A stretch of DNA of 64,000 nt from an uncultured Verrucomicrobiae bacterium (GCA_963702845.1 OY969763.1:2976001-3040000), one strand, 5' to 3'; positions 31,664 through 42,399 are shown, counted from the first letter of the stretch. A program made the numbers and translations. Notes: generated from the sequence alone by a model not told the origin.

Positions 31664-32533
31664 ATGAGTGTGACCCCAACCAACGCCGCCGCAATTCCAG
31701 CATGGACCGGCGAAGAGCGCGTCATCCGCGCCCGGCATGGCATGGCCGCAATCGACTTGCGCGAACTGTGGCACTACCGCGAGCTGTTGGGAATGCTCGC
31801 GTGGCGGAATATCGCAATTCGATATAAGCAAACGTATTTGGGCATTGCATGGGCGGTCTTGCAGCCCGTGCTCACCGTGGCTGTCCTGACGTTTGTCTTC
31901 CAGCGAATGGCCAAAATTGAAATCGATACGCGAGGCGTCCCCTACCCTTTAGTTGTGCTGGCGGGACTTCTGCCGTGGCAATTCTTCGCCAACGCGCTCG
32001 GCGACAGCAGCGCATCGTTGTTGGGATCACAGGCAATGATCACCAAAATTTATTTTCCACGAATCCTTATCCCGATTAGCTCGGTGCTCAGCGGTTGCGT
32101 CGATTTTGTCATCAGCCTCGTTCTGTTATTTGTGATGATGATCTATTATCACATGCCGTTCACCACGAACCTGCTGCTGATCCCCGTTTTCTTTTTAATG
32201 ATCGTCGCCGCAACGTGCGCAATGGGTTTCTGGTTCAGCGCACTGAACGTAAAATATCGCGACGTAAAATACATCGTTCCGTTCATCATTCGAATTGGCA
32301 TGTTTATTTGTCCCGTCATGTATTTGTCGATCACGGCGAAATGGCAGTTCCTCTATTCGGCCCTGAATCCATTGGTGGGCATTCTTGAAGGATTTCGCTG
32401 GAGCGCATTCGGCCACAACTTCGAACCGTATTGGCCCGGTTTTTGGATTGGATTGGGATTAATTTGCGTGCTGCTGGTTTCAGGCGCGTATTATTTCCGC
32501 AGCACGGAAAAAACTTTCGCAGACATCATCTGA
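31664..32533 (+). CDS. Polysaccharide ABC exporter permease (Wzm-like)
   Basis: RYKQT.LG..W..LQP, KIYFPR, YRDV, E..FADII. Confidence 0.9.
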   Translation: MSVTPTNAAAIPAWTGEERVIRARHGMAAIDLRELWHYRELLGMLAWRNIAIRYKQTYLGIAWAVLQPVLTVAVLTFVFQRMAKIEIDTRGVPYPLVVLAGLLPWQFFANALGDSSASLLGSQAMITKIYFPRILIPISSVLSGCVDFVISLVLLFVMMIYYHMPFTTNLLLIPVFFLMIVAATCAMGFWFSALNVKYRDVKYIVPFIIRIGMFICPVMYLSITAKWQFLYSALNPLVGILEGFRWSAFGHNFEPYWPGFWIGLGLICVLLVSGAYYFRSTEKTFADII

Positions 32534-32535
32534 GC

Positions 32536-33774
32536 ATGGCGCAACCAATCATTTCCGCCCGCAACATCAGCAAGCGCTACCGCCTCGGAGCCACTCACGC
32601 TCACGACACCTTGCGCGATCGCATCACGCACTCACTGCGTCAGTTGGTCTCTGGCGGCTCCGACAAAAGCAACGGCGACGAAATTCTTTGGGCTCTCAGC
32701 GATGTATCCTTCGACGTGGAACAAGGCGATGTCGTCGGCGTCGTTGGCCGAAATGGCGCGGGAAAATCAACCCTTCTCAAAATCCTCAGTCGCATCACCG
32801 AACCAACGTCGGGCGAAATTCGTGTCCGTGGCCGACTCGCCAGTTTATTGGAAGTCGGAACAGGTTTTCACCCCGAACTCACCGGGCGCGAAAACATCTT
32901 CTTGAACGGCGCGATTCTGGGAATGAAGCAAGCCGAGGTTCGCAAAAAATTTGACGCCATCGTCGCGTTCTCCGAAGTGGAAAAATTCTTAGACACGCCA
33001 ATCAAACGTTACAGCAGCGGTATGTATGTGCGCCTCGCATTTGCCGTCGCCGCACACCTCGAACCCGAGATCCTCGTAGTCGATGAAGTGCTCGCCGTAG
33101 GCGACGCCCAATTCCAAAGCAAATGTCTCGGTAAAATGGGAGAAGTCGCGCGGGAAGGTCGCACAGTTCTATTCGTCAGTCACAACATGGCGGCAGTCAG
33201 CGCACTCTGCCGCAAAGGCATTCTGCTTCAGGGCGGACGTCTCACCAAAGCAGGCCCTATCGAAGGAATCGTTTCAACTTACGTCGCAACCACCGGTCAG
33301 GGCGCACATCAATTCACTGCGACAAACAGAACCGGCGGGGGCATGGTGCAAATCAAAAATTTTGAGGTCTCGTCGAGTCGCGGACCAAATGTGGTTGTTT
33401 GCGGCGCAAAAATGCATTTCACGATCACCTACGAAGCGGAAAAAGCTGATCTCCCAATTCAATTTGTCATCGGTGTTTTTGACGCATTCAACGTTCGCGT
33501 GCTGTATCTCGATAGCCAGGTCGACGCCACGCTCCCGCACGATTTCCCTCGTTGTGGAAAAGTCCGGCTCGAATTTGGCGAGGAATTTTCACTCAACCCC
33601 GGACGGTTTTCGATCAACATCGGAGCGCGTGTCCGTGGAGAACTGGTCGACCACATCAAACAGGCCCTCGTTTTCGACGTGCAGGAAGGCAACTTTTTCG
33701 GCAGCGGCCGAACCGCGGCAGATAAAGGAAGCGTCCTTTACCGGAACAAATGGCAGTTCGAAGCTGCCGACTAA
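32536..33774 (+). CDS. Polysaccharide ABC exporter ATPase with C-terminal domain (Wzt-like)
   Basis: GRNGAGKST, YSSGMYVRLAF, DEVLAVGD, VSH. Confidence 0.9.
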   Translation: MAQPIISARNISKRYRLGATHAHDTLRDRITHSLRQLVSGGSDKSNGDEILWALSDVSFDVEQGDVVGVVGRNGAGKSTLLKILSRITEPTSGEIRVRGRLASLLEVGTGFHPELTGRENIFLNGAILGMKQAEVRKKFDAIVAFSEVEKFLDTPIKRYSSGMYVRLAFAVAAHLEPEILVVDEVLAVGDAQFQSKCLGKMGEVAREGRTVLFVSHNMAAVSALCRKGILLQGGRLTKAGPIEGIVSTYVATTGQGAHQFTATNRTGGGMVQIKNFEVSSSRGPNVVVCGAKMHFTITYEAEKADLPIQFVIGVFDAFNVRVLYLDSQVDATLPHDFPRCGKVRLEFGEEFSLNPGRFSINIGARVRGELVDHIKQALVFDVQEGNFFGSGRTAADKGSVLYRNKWQFEAAD

Positions 33775-33908
33775 TTAAATGGGACCGAGGCTCTTCTTCG
33801 CCGCACCATTCGCCTCAAGAAACTAGCGGTTCATTTCCTCATCGAAGTCTTTATTGGAGTTGGTGACCGAAAATTGATTTAATAACTTTGATGTTCAATC
33901 CATAACCA

Positions 33909-34946
33909 ATGTCCACGCCGCTCATTTCCATCTGCGTTCCGAACCTGAATAAGGTCCGGTATCTGCCGGAGCGAATGGAAACGCTCTTGGCCCAGACCTT
34001 CACCGATTGGGAAATGATTGTGTGCGACAGTTATTCGGACGATGGTTCGTGGGAGCTGCTGCAAAAGTACAAAAGCGATCCTCGAATCCGATTGTATCAG
34101 GTGCCGCGTCATGGAATCTATGCCGGCTGGAACGAATGCCTTCAACGCGCTCAAGGCGAATACATCAATATCGCAACCAGCGACGATACCGCCAGCCCAT
34201 GCCTTCTGGAAAAATTGATCGAACCCCTGGAACGCCGACGCGACATACATCTGTCGGTTTGCGACTTCCAGGAAATTGACGCGCAATCTCGACCGACGGC
34301 ACACCGTTGCGTGCGGTTTCGGGAGTTTCTCAGTCGGTGGTTGAACGTCCCGCACATACGTAGTGGCAAAACCGAGTTTCTGGCCAACACCGTGTTCATC
34401 GCCACGTGGTATACTATGGCGTCGGTTTTATTTCGTCGCTCACTTCTGACAAACACCGGACTTTTTCGAACCGACAAGAAATCGTTCGCCGATACAGATT
34501 GGACCCTTCGCGCGTCGCTGGCCACTGACATTGCCCATGTCCCCGGCCAATGGACTACGTTCCGCTTGTCACCCGAACAGGCAACACCAGCAAGGAACAC
34601 GCCGGAGCATTGGCGCATATATCTAGATAGCCTCACAGACGTGCTCGACGAACCCGGTTCACGTATCCCACAAGAATGGAAGCAGGTATCCGGATGGCGC
34701 GAAAGATTACTGCAATACCGCCATAACTGGTACTCTGGATTCATTCCAACTCTACCGTTGGACCTTAAAATCAAATCCACAGGAATTCTTTCGGGGCATG
34801 AAACAGGCAGCGGTTCACGAACCGGGTTGGCTGGCAAAACAGGCGTTACGTGCTTTTCCACCTCGAGCGCGGGACACAGACCCGAAGGCGATCGACGAAC
34901 TTCACGACCTCATCCGTCACTTTCAAGCGCCGTGGCCTCCGATTGA
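33909..34946 (+). CDS. GT2 glycosyltransferase (probable frameshift near 34745)
   Basis: ISICVPN, DSYSDDGS, SDD motif. Confidence 0.85.
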   Translation: MSTPLISICVPNLNKVRYLPERMETLLAQTFTDWEMIVCDSYSDDGSWELLQKYKSDPRIRLYQVPRHGIYAGWNECLQRAQGEYINIATSDDTASPCLLEKLIEPLERRRDIHLSVCDFQEIDAQSRPTAHRCVRFREFLSRWLNVPHIRSGKTEFLANTVFIATWYTMASVLFRRSLLTNTGLFRTDKKSFADTDWTLRASLATDIAHVPGQWTTFRLSPEQATPARNTPEHWRIYLDSLTDVLDEPGSRIPQEWKQVSGWRERLLQYRHNWYSGFIPTLPLDLKIKSTGILSGHETGSGSRTGLAGKTGVTCFSTSSAGHRPEGDRRTSRPHPSLSSAVASD

Positions 34947-35008
34947 AATCTCGCAATGGTAAACGGTTTCCACTAGTCTGATCGCGAGTTACTGTTCGCT
35001 TTTTGCTG

Positions 35009-35974
35009 ATGCACAAGTCGCCCCCACTGGTTTCGGTCATCATTCCGACATACAATCGCAGTGATATTGTCGGCCAAGCGGTCCAGAGCGCACTCGGCCA
35101 GGATTATCCAGCCAGGCAAATTATTGTGGTGGATGACGGTTCCACGGATAACACACTGGACGTATTAAAACAGTTCAGCGGCATCGAAGTCATTTCACAA
35201 TCCAACCAAGGCGCCAGCGCTGCCCGCAATCGCGGACTCAACGTGGCCAAAGGTGAATACATCGCCACGCTCGATTCCGATGATTGCTGGAGCAAAGAGT
35301 ATCTGGCCTACGGAATGCAACGCATGCACCGGTACAACGTCGAAGTTTTCTTCGCAAACTGGAAGGAGGTTGGGCCGAAAGGAGAAATCGATTGCCCCGA
35401 TTATTTCGCAAAGGCGAAAATAATGCAGCCTTTTCACGGGTTGGTTAATAGCGACGGCGATGTCCAACTCTCATCACAGCAATGCCGCCAGCTTTTCCTG
35501 AACGGATTGGCAGCGCCATCGTCAGGGCTGATCATGCGCCGCAATTTAATCGCGCAAGGGTGGGAGCGAGGTCTGACCATGGGCGAAGATTGGCTGATGT
35601 TGCTGAAGGCTGTGTTGCAACAACGCATCGGCTGCGCGTTCACCATGCGACAGTTGTGGACAAAAATGCGTGACGGCAAAAATATTTACGATCTCACCGT
35701 CGCAACTCCCGAATTGCTACAAAAAGTGGCCGTCGACACCGAAACAGTCGCGCAACGCGTCATGGAATTGCTAACGCCGTTGGAGCAAAAGGAATTTCGC
35801 GCGCTCGTGGCTGAAAAGTATTTCGACTACGCCTATTCCGTTTCATCGAGCGACCCGGCACGCGCCCTCTCTGCGTATCGCAAATCCAATAAATTGGCGT
35901 TTCGATCAAAGACCTGTCTCGCCATTTTGAAAACATTAGTGAAGAGCGCCAGCCGGAAACCTCACGCTCACTAG
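35009..35974 (+). CDS. GT2 glycosyltransferase
   Basis: VSVIIPTYN, VVDDGSTD, ARNRG, LDSDD. Confidence 0.9.
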   Translation: MHKSPPLVSVIIPTYNRSDIVGQAVQSALGQDYPARQIIVVDDGSTDNTLDVLKQFSGIEVISQSNQGASAARNRGLNVAKGEYIATLDSDDCWSKEYLAYGMQRMHRYNVEVFFANWKEVGPKGEIDCPDYFAKAKIMQPFHGLVNSDGDVQLSSQQCRQLFLNGLAAPSSGLIMRRNLIAQGWERGLTMGEDWLMLLKAVLQQRIGCAFTMRQLWTKMRDGKNIYDLTVATPELLQKVAVDTETVAQRVMELLTPLEQKEFRALVAEKYFDYAYSVSSSDPARALSAYRKSNKLAFRSKTCLAILKTLVKSASRKPHAH

Positions 35975-36011
35975 ACTCTCTAGCGTTGAAATCGGCGCAG
36001 CAAACCTTTGG

Positions 36012-36818
36012 CTATTCCCGCCGGATCGTCATGGCCCGCCCGACACGGTGCGCCAGCGAACCGCGAGTCGCATCGAGGCGTTCCTCCAGAACCTGAATCT
36101 GCCGTTCTTCTTCCAACACGACTTCCTCAACATGTTCGCGATAGAGCTCGATGTGATTCTTAAGGAGACGCCCCATCAGTTCCGGGCGAATGCGGTCCGA
36201 ACCCGTAACCATGCTGACATTCCCGACGCGATAATGGAAAAGCACTTCTGGAATGGCGTGAACAAACCAACCTCGTTTTGTGACGGCAATGTTGAAGTTC
36301 CAATCCTCATAGCCTTGCCGCATCGTCTCGTCATAGCCACCCACCTCTTCCCAGCATTTACGGCGGAATAGGCAGCTCGCATGGCAAGGGTTGTGCGAAA
36401 GGAATGCTTTAACGCCAACTTTCAGCTCGTGCTTAACCAATCGTTTAACAACGCCAAAAGTCTGGCACCAACTGGTCACGATTCCTACTGACGGCTCAGA
36501 TTTTAGCACCGCGATGGCTTTTTCCAAAAATGTCGGTGCGAAATAATCGTCTGAGTCCAGCGTCACAATATATTCAGACTTGCTGCGGGTGATGCCAAAA
36601 TTTCTTGCGGAAGACAGGTGCTCGTTCTTCTTTGTGAAGACAGTGGTTTTCGGTTTGTTGTAGTTTTCCAGCTTCCGAATCGTGACCGGATCAGTGGAAC
36701 CGTCGTTGACCACGAATATCTCATAATCAACAAACGTTTGGGCAAGGATACTGTCGACCGCTTTGTCGAGAAATCGCCCGTGGTTGTAGCACGGGATGAC
36801 GACGGTGACCTTCGGCAT
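36012..36818 (-). CDS. GT2 glycosyltransferase
   Basis: VVIPCYN, VNDGSTD, LDSDD, EDW. Confidence 0.9.
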   Translation of the reverse strand: MPKVTVVIPCYNHGRFLDKAVDSILAQTFVDYEIFVVNDGSTDPVTIRKLENYNKPKTTVFTKKNEHLSSARNFGITRSKSEYIVTLDSDDYFAPTFLEKAIAVLKSEPSVGIVTSWCQTFGVVKRLVKHELKVGVKAFLSHNPCHASCLFRRKCWEEVGGYDETMRQGYEDWNFNIAVTKRGWFVHAIPEVLFHYRVGNVSMVTGSDRIRPELMGRLLKNHIELYREHVEEVVLEEERQIQVLEERLDATRGSLAHRVGRAMTIRRE

Positions 36819-36827
36819 ATTAAACGG

Positions 36828-38327
36828 CTAAATCACACCGATCTCGACTGGTCGTCGCACCATTGCAGGTTGAGCAGCCAAACTGGGCGAAACGCTCAAG
36901 ACTGGCTTTACGTCGCTTTGCTTTAAGAAGGATGTATCGAACAGCGTCTTCTTGTCCGTCTCTCCCAAACCACCCGTCAGACAAATGCGCACAGTATCGA
37001 GCAGAATGAACATGTCGAGGAACACGCCCATGTTCTTGGTGTAATACAAATCATATTCCAACTTGCGGCGCGCGTCCTCGATTGATGCGCCATAAGGATA
37101 ATTCACCTGAGCCCAACCCGTGATGCCGGGCTGCACCATCAAACGTTCCTGGAAATATGGAATTTCGGACGCCAGTTCATTCAGGAACTCGGGGCGTTCC
37201 GGGCGCGGCCCAACAAAGGACATTTCGCCACGCAACACATTGATGAGTTGTGGAATTTCGTCGATGCGATATTTCCGCAGGATTTTACCGAGGGGCGTGA
37301 CGCGTGAATCATTCGCCTTCGACCACACTGCACCATTCTTTTCTGCATCCACGCTCATGCTGCGAAGTTTGATTACCTGGAACAGTTTTCCAAACCGGCC
37401 GCAGCGGGTTTGCTTGTAGAAAACGGGGCCACGCGAGGTCAATTTAAGAGCCGCCATTCCAGCCAACATCAAAGGCCCAAGGAATAACAACCCGAGCAAA
37501 GAAACGATGATGTCAAAGCTGCGTTTGACTTTGGTGATATAAAGCTGATGCGGGCCAGTGCTGGCGCTCAAAAGCCAGTCGGGCGTAATTAGTTCCAGCG
37601 GCACCATCTGATGGACTTCTTCGAACAAGCTGATCAGCGGCTTCACCGTGATCCCTGAGTAGCGCAGTTCGCAAAAAGCTTTGCACATCGCAGGATCCAT
37701 GATGCTCTTGTTGCTGCACAACACTCGGTGAACGTTGTTGCGCTTCACGATCGTCGAAAGGTCTTTGACGCTGCCGAGGACGCGCATGTGCCCGCTCGGT
37801 TTAAAATCTTCGCAACGCACCAACCCCACCAACTCCAGGTGTTGCTTGCCGAAATTTTCGAAGAGACGCGCCTCAAGTTCATCAAATGTGTTCGTCACGA
37901 TGAATGCGACGCGTTCGCGATAATTACTGATCACCCGTAACAGAACCGAGTGGTGAAAAAGGACCGCGAAGTATGCGAGAGGAAAAGCGAAGATCATGAC
38001 CGAACGAGCGACTTCGGTCGACTTCTTGATATAGAACAATCCGAACATCAATCCCGTCGTCACAGCCACGCCAATGGCAAGAACCAAGGCACGCTTGAAC
38101 ACGCCGCGGTGAACGCTGTTCGGCGCATACAATCCAAAAATGTAAGTAATGCTCGGAAAAAAAAGAGCCCCGAATATGACCGCCGGCAGATAGGCGACCC
38201 ATTTGTGAGTAAGCTGGTCCGGAAATCGTCCGATAGTCGTTAGAAAGAAAGCAAAGAAGAAAATCAACGCATCCAGCGAGAAGTTCAGCGTAACATGTAC
38301 CCAATGCTGCTTGAGAAAAGATCTCAT
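36828..38327 (-). CDS. Priming polyprenyl-phosphate glycosylphosphotransferase (WcaJ/WbaP family)
   Basis: N-terminal TMs; KR.FD, KLRSM, DEIPQL.NVL.GEMS.VGPRPE, PGITGWAQV. Confidence 0.9.
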   Translation of the reverse strand: MRSFLKQHWVHVTLNFSLDALIFFFAFFLTTIGRFPDQLTHKWVAYLPAVIFGALFFPSITYIFGLYAPNSVHRGVFKRALVLAIGVAVTTGLMFGLFYIKKSTEVARSVMIFAFPLAYFAVLFHHSVLLRVISNYRERVAFIVTNTFDELEARLFENFGKQHLELVGLVRCEDFKPSGHMRVLGSVKDLSTIVKRNNVHRVLCSNKSIMDPAMCKAFCELRYSGITVKPLISLFEEVHQMVPLELITPDWLLSASTGPHQLYITKVKRSFDIIVSLLGLLFLGPLMLAGMAALKLTSRGPVFYKQTRCGRFGKLFQVIKLRSMSVDAEKNGAVWSKANDSRVTPLGKILRKYRIDEIPQLINVLRGEMSFVGPRPERPEFLNELASEIPYFQERLMVQPGITGWAQVNYPYGASIEDARRKLEYDLYYTKNMGVFLDMFILLDTVRICLTGGLGETDKKTLFDTSFLKQSDVKPVLSVSPSLAAQPAMVRRPVEIGVI

Positions 38328-38467
38328 TTGCGGGTCGCGAATTTAAAGTCTATGGTTGTTTGCGTGTCTAACGGGCGGCTTTAATGGCTGAGTGTGTCAA
38401 ACGGACTGTCTCATCGCAAGCACATTCGTCGGGCACAATAATACTGCCAAAACACGCATATTACCTA

Positions 38468-38495
38468 TTGACTTCCACCCCTCCTTTGATAGGTT
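38468..38495 (+). promoter_or_regulatory. Putative rplM promoter
   Basis: TTGACT-N16-TAGGTT upstream of rplM. Confidence 0.45.
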
Positions 38496-38517
38496 TTGCG
38501 CTCTTTGTTAGCTTTGG

Positions 38518-38952
38518 ATGAAAACGCATTTACCTAAAATCAACTTGGATCAGCGCAAATGGCACATCATTGATGCCGATGGCGCGATCTTGGGCCGTCT
38601 CGCAGCGCAAGTTGCTAACGTCCTGCGCGGCAAAAACAAACCAACTTTTACATCGCATCTCGATGCCGGTGATTTCGTTGTGGTCATTAACGCGGAAAAA
38701 ATTCGCGTGACCGGCAAGAAAGAAACCGACAAAGAGTTCATGTCCTATTCAGGTTGGAAAGGCGGCGAAAAATACGCCACCGTGGCGCAAGTTCGCGCCA
38801 AGCATCCCGAGAAGCTCATCACTCACGCCGTTAAAGGCATGATCCCGAAGAACCGCCTCGGCCGCGTGCTCCTCACCAAACTGAAAGTTTATAAAGGCGC
38901 CCAGCACCCGCACAGCGCACAACAGCCCGCCACTATGGCTCCGGCGAAATAA
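38518..38952 (+). CDS. rplM: 50S ribosomal protein L13
   Basis: W.IIDA...LGRLA...LRGK.KP, GDFVVVINA. Confidence 0.97.
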   Translation: MKTHLPKINLDQRKWHIIDADGAILGRLAAQVANVLRGKNKPTFTSHLDAGDFVVVINAEKIRVTGKKETDKEFMSYSGWKGGEKYATVAQVRAKHPEKLITHAVKGMIPKNRLGRVLLTKLKVYKGAQHPHSAQQPATMAPAK

Positions 38953-38961
38953 CGATTTACC

Positions 38962-39360
38962 ATGGCTAAAACTGAAAAAGAATTTCTTGGCACCGGCCGT
39001 CGTAAGACCGCCGTCGCCCGCGTTCGTTTGGCGAGCGGTTCCGGCAAAATCACCGTGAACGGCCGCGCATTCGAAACCTATTTCCCCACCGAAATGCTCC
39101 GCATGGTCGTCCAACAACCGTTGGTCACGACCGATAGCGCCAGCAAGTTTGACGTCCGCGTCAACGTCGAAGGCGGCGGTCCTGCTGGTCAGGCCGGCGC
39201 AGTTCGTCACGGCATCGCCCGTGCGCTACTCGAAGTCGACACCACTTTGCGCCCGTCGCTCAAGGCCGCTGGTTTCCTGACCCGCGATCCTCGTATGCGC
39301 GAACGTAAGAAGTACGGTCAACCCGGCGCCCGCAAACGCTTCCAGTTCAGCAAGCGTTAA
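38962..39360 (+). CDS. rpsI: 30S ribosomal protein S9
   Basis: [26 protein letters not shown]...[10 protein letters not shown]. Confidence 0.97.
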   Translation: MAKTEKEFLGTGRRKTAVARVRLASGSGKITVNGRAFETYFPTEMLRMVVQQPLVTTDSASKFDVRVNVEGGGPAGQAGAVRHGIARALLEVDTTLRPSLKAAGFLTRDPRMRERKKYGQPGARKRFQFSKR

Positions 39361-39380
39361 TCGCGTGGAATTTTTCCAAG

Positions 39381-39408
39381 CCCCGCCGGAAGTCCGGCGG
39401 GGTTTTTT
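39381..39408 (+). terminator. Intrinsic terminator after rpsI
   Basis: ccccgccgga/tccggcgggg stem followed by T6. Confidence 0.9.
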
Positions 39409-39412
39409 ATTA

Positions 39413-39479
39413 CGTATCGCAGGTTTTACGTATCGCAGGTTTCCAAACCTGCCGTATCGCCGACTTCCAAGTCGGCAGG
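39413..39479. repeat. REP-like tandem palindromes
   Basis: gtatcgc x3 with hairpins gcaggttt-cc-aaacctgc and gccgactt-cc-aagtcggc. Confidence 0.65.
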
Positions 39480-39538
39480 CGTAAACAACGGAACCACACT
39501 TGATTTAACCCACCAACCCATTATTGATTACACCTGAC

Positions 39539-40600
39539 ATGACAACGACCAAAGTAGCGATCGTCGGAGCCTCCGGATATTCCGGCGAGGAACTCGTGCG
39601 CCTGCTCTTGCAGCATCCACACGCCGAACTCCGCGCCGTCACCTCGCGTCACTACGCCGGGCAAACGGTCGCCCAGGTTTTTCCAAAATTCTCCAGCTAC
39701 ACCCGTTCCAAAGCACTGCGCTTCAGCGAACCCAAATCCGAACTGTTGGCCAAAGAAGCCCAAATCGTTTTCCTCGCCCTGCCCCACGGCGTCGCCGCCG
39801 AATACGCCCGCCCGTTGCTGGACCTTGGATGTCTGGTCATCGACTTGAGCGCTGATTTTCGTTTGAAGAGCGCAGATATTTACAAAGAATTTTACGCGCA
39901 CGATCATCCCGCCCCCGAGTTGCTGGCGAAATCTGTTTATGGAATGCCGGAAGCATATCGCGACGAAATCAAGAAGGCATCGCTAATCGCATCGCCGGGT
40001 TGTTATCCGACTAGCATCATACTGCCCTTGCTTCCATTGCTGAAAGCCAAGCTGATCAAATCCAGCGGCATCATTGCCGACTCAATGAGCGGCGTCAGCG
40101 GCGCTGGCCGCAAACTGGAAGTCGATTACCTCTTTGCCGAGTGTAACGAAAGCGTTCGTCCCTACGGCATCCCCAAACATCGACACCTGTCAGAAATCGA
40201 AGAGCAACTCGGCAACGCCGCTGGTGAAAAGGTCGTAATCCAATTCACACCACACCTAATCCCAGTAAATCGCGGCATTCTGACCACGCTCTATCTCGCC
40301 CCGGAAAAACATTTCATCAACGCCACTGAAATGTCCGCCTTGGCCGAACAAATCGCCAACTGCTACCAAGCGGCCTACGGCAAAGAACCTTTCATCCGCC
40401 TCCTCGAAGGCAAAGGGCTGCCGGACACAAAAAACGTAGTCGGCACCAACGCCATCGAAATCGCCTGGCGTTTAGACCCGCGCACCGGTCGTTTGATCGT
40501 CATGAGCGCCATCGACAACATCACCAAAGGCGCCAGCGGCCAAGCGATCCAGAGCATGAACATCCTCTGCGGCTATCCTGAAACCACAGGTCTGTTGTAA
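39539..40600 (+). CDS. argC: N-acetyl-gamma-glutamyl-phosphate reductase
   Basis: GASGYSG, FLALPHG, IDLSADFR, PGCYPT, SGVSGAG, DNITKGASGQA. Confidence 0.95.
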   Translation: MTTTKVAIVGASGYSGEELVRLLLQHPHAELRAVTSRHYAGQTVAQVFPKFSSYTRSKALRFSEPKSELLAKEAQIVFLALPHGVAAEYARPLLDLGCLVIDLSADFRLKSADIYKEFYAHDHPAPELLAKSVYGMPEAYRDEIKKASLIASPGCYPTSIILPLLPLLKAKLIKSSGIIADSMSGVSGAGRKLEVDYLFAECNESVRPYGIPKHRHLSEIEEQLGNAAGEKVVIQFTPHLIPVNRGILTTLYLAPEKHFINATEMSALAEQIANCYQAAYGKEPFIRLLEGKGLPDTKNVVGTNAIEIAWRLDPRTGRLIVMSAIDNITKGASGQAIQSMNILCGYPETTGLL

Positions 40601-40606
40601 CAGCAC

Positions 40607-41299
40607 ATGGGCTTTGCCGAAAATCTCACCGCGATCCAACAACGCATAGCTGACGCCTGTGCTCGCGCCGGGCGTTCGCCTGATTCAGTTACGCTGGTCG
40701 CCGTCAGCAAGAACCACACGCCGGATGAAGTTCGGGAAGCGGCGGCGGCTGGACAAACATTGTTTGGTGAGAATCGAGTGCAAGAGGGAAAATTGAAGAC
40801 TTCCCTGTGTCCGGGACATTTGCGCTGGCACATGATTGGCCATTTGCAGTCGAACAAAGTGCGCGATGCGGTGCACTTTTTTCAAATGATCGAGAGCGTG
40901 GACAGTCTCGCACTCGCGCAGGAGATTAATAAATGGGCGGACAAGTCAGCCAAGACCATGCCGATTTTGCTCGAGGTGAATGTCGCGGGTGAATCGAGCA
41001 AGTTTGGTTATAAGCCTGAACGACTGCTCGCTGAGTTCGAACAAATAAACGCTCTACCAAAGATTGAAATACACGGTTTGATGACTGTTGCACCATGGGC
41101 CGAAGACCCGGAAAAAGTTCGGCCGGTATTTCGACAAATGCGCGAATTGAAGGAACAGTGTGAAAACATTTTAGGCGCGCCACTTCCGCATCTCAGCATG
41201 GGTATGAGCGGCGATTTTGAGGTAGCGATTGAAGAGGGAGCGACTATCATTAGAATCGGAACCGCGCTCTTCGGACCGCGACAAAAAGCGAAGCAGTAA
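40607..41299 (+). CDS. yggS: PLP homeostasis protein (YggS family)
   Basis: LVAVSK, FGENRVQE, WHMIGHLQSNK, LSMGMSGD, RIGTALFG. Confidence 0.95.
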   Translation: MGFAENLTAIQQRIADACARAGRSPDSVTLVAVSKNHTPDEVREAAAAGQTLFGENRVQEGKLKTSLCPGHLRWHMIGHLQSNKVRDAVHFFQMIESVDSLALAQEINKWADKSAKTMPILLEVNVAGESSKFGYKPERLLAEFEQINALPKIEIHGLMTVAPWAEDPEKVRPVFRQMRELKEQCENILGAPLPHLSMGMSGDFEVAIEEGATIIRIGTALFGPRQKAKQ

Positions 41300-41318
41300 A
41301 AAAGTGAAAATTTGAACG

Positions 41319-41627
41319 ATGGATTTGACCGTTGAAACATTTCAGCAGGAGATCGCCGAGGCGGTTAAGACCTACGATAAGTTTATTGTCTGCCTCGATA
41401 AAACTCCCGAGGAATGCATGGCCTCGTTGGTTTCATTGATGGAAAAAGCCATCAAAGCCTATCGCGAACGCGGCCCGAATCTCCGTCACGGCATCGCCCT
41501 CGATAAACAGGTCACGATCATCTTGAGCCAGACCGAAAACGACAAACCGCTTTGCGGGATCTATTTCAACCTCTACTCGCCTTACAAAAAGAAGCCCGCG
41601 CAAGCGAAGGCGGCCAAGGAAGACTAA
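41319..41627 (+). CDS. Hypothetical protein
   Basis: Clean 102-aa ORF co-oriented 19 nt after yggS. Confidence 0.7.
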   Translation: MDLTVETFQQEIAEAVKTYDKFIVCLDKTPEECMASLVSLMEKAIKAYRERGPNLRHGIALDKQVTIILSQTENDKPLCGIYFNLYSPYKKKPAQAKAAKED

Positions 41628-41654
41628 CCCAAGGCCGACGTAACGAGCTATCGA

Positions 41655-41991
41655 CTACTCCGCTCGCACTTCATCATCCTTCTGCGCGGAACCAGCCATT
41701 AAATCCGCAACGACATTGTTTTCTTTTTGCTGAGCCGTAGAACGAAGCTCTCCGACTTTTAATCCCTTCCGATAGACGGTTAACCGTTGATGTCGGTTTC
41801 GGCATAGCGCCGAATGGAAAGTTCACAATCGCGAAACGAGCCTGATCGTTGAACACAACGATCTTCCCTGTGGCCTTGAAATCGGGCGTCACCACAGCAC
41901 CGGCAGTCGTCTGCTTCGCTGGCGTGGCTGATTTTCGGTGAAACAAACAACCGGTCACGGCGACCAACAGACACAAAAGGACAATACGCAT
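41655..41991 (-). CDS. Hypothetical lipoprotein, frameshifted near 41792
   Basis: Lipobox VTGC; alternative frame continues QRLTVYRKGLKVGEL...DEVRAE* to 41655. Confidence 0.65.
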
Positions 41992-42189
41992 TCAGGCAGT
42001 TAAAGCATGAGTGCCCATCAGGTCAAGCGGCGCGATTGGCGGGGTTTTAACGGATGCTCATGTTCGGAATGACGGCTGACGCTTCTTAAGACCGAAGTCC
42101 TGAAGGAAACAGCGGTGCAACTCCATTGGTTTTTCAGGCATGAGCCGGATGTTCACTTTTCAACGTTTGGCTAGACTGGTCACGTAATA

Positions 42190-42377
42190 AGAACAGGGAC
42201 CAAGGAAGTGGGAGTGGGGAAAGAAAAGTGGGAGATGGGAATGGGAAAAAAGGGAAACGGGTGAAGGGAAGAAAAAGGGTAAAGAGGGATCAAAAGGATT
42301 TGGGTTGCCGCTTGGGGTCGCGGCAAAGGGGAAAAAAAAGGCGAGCCATTGGGGTGTGGCTCGCCTTATCTTTTTTT
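42190..42377 (+). ncRNA. Candidate GGA-rich small RNA
   Basis: 12 GGA motifs in ~140 nt, then a hairpin and a terminator; no ORF. Confidence 0.35.
42332..42377. terminator. Bidirectional intrinsic terminator
   Basis: aaggcgagcca/tggctcgcctt stem flanked by A and T runs. Confidence 0.8.
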
Positions 42378-42399
42378 AAAGGCCTAGAAGCCAAAGACT

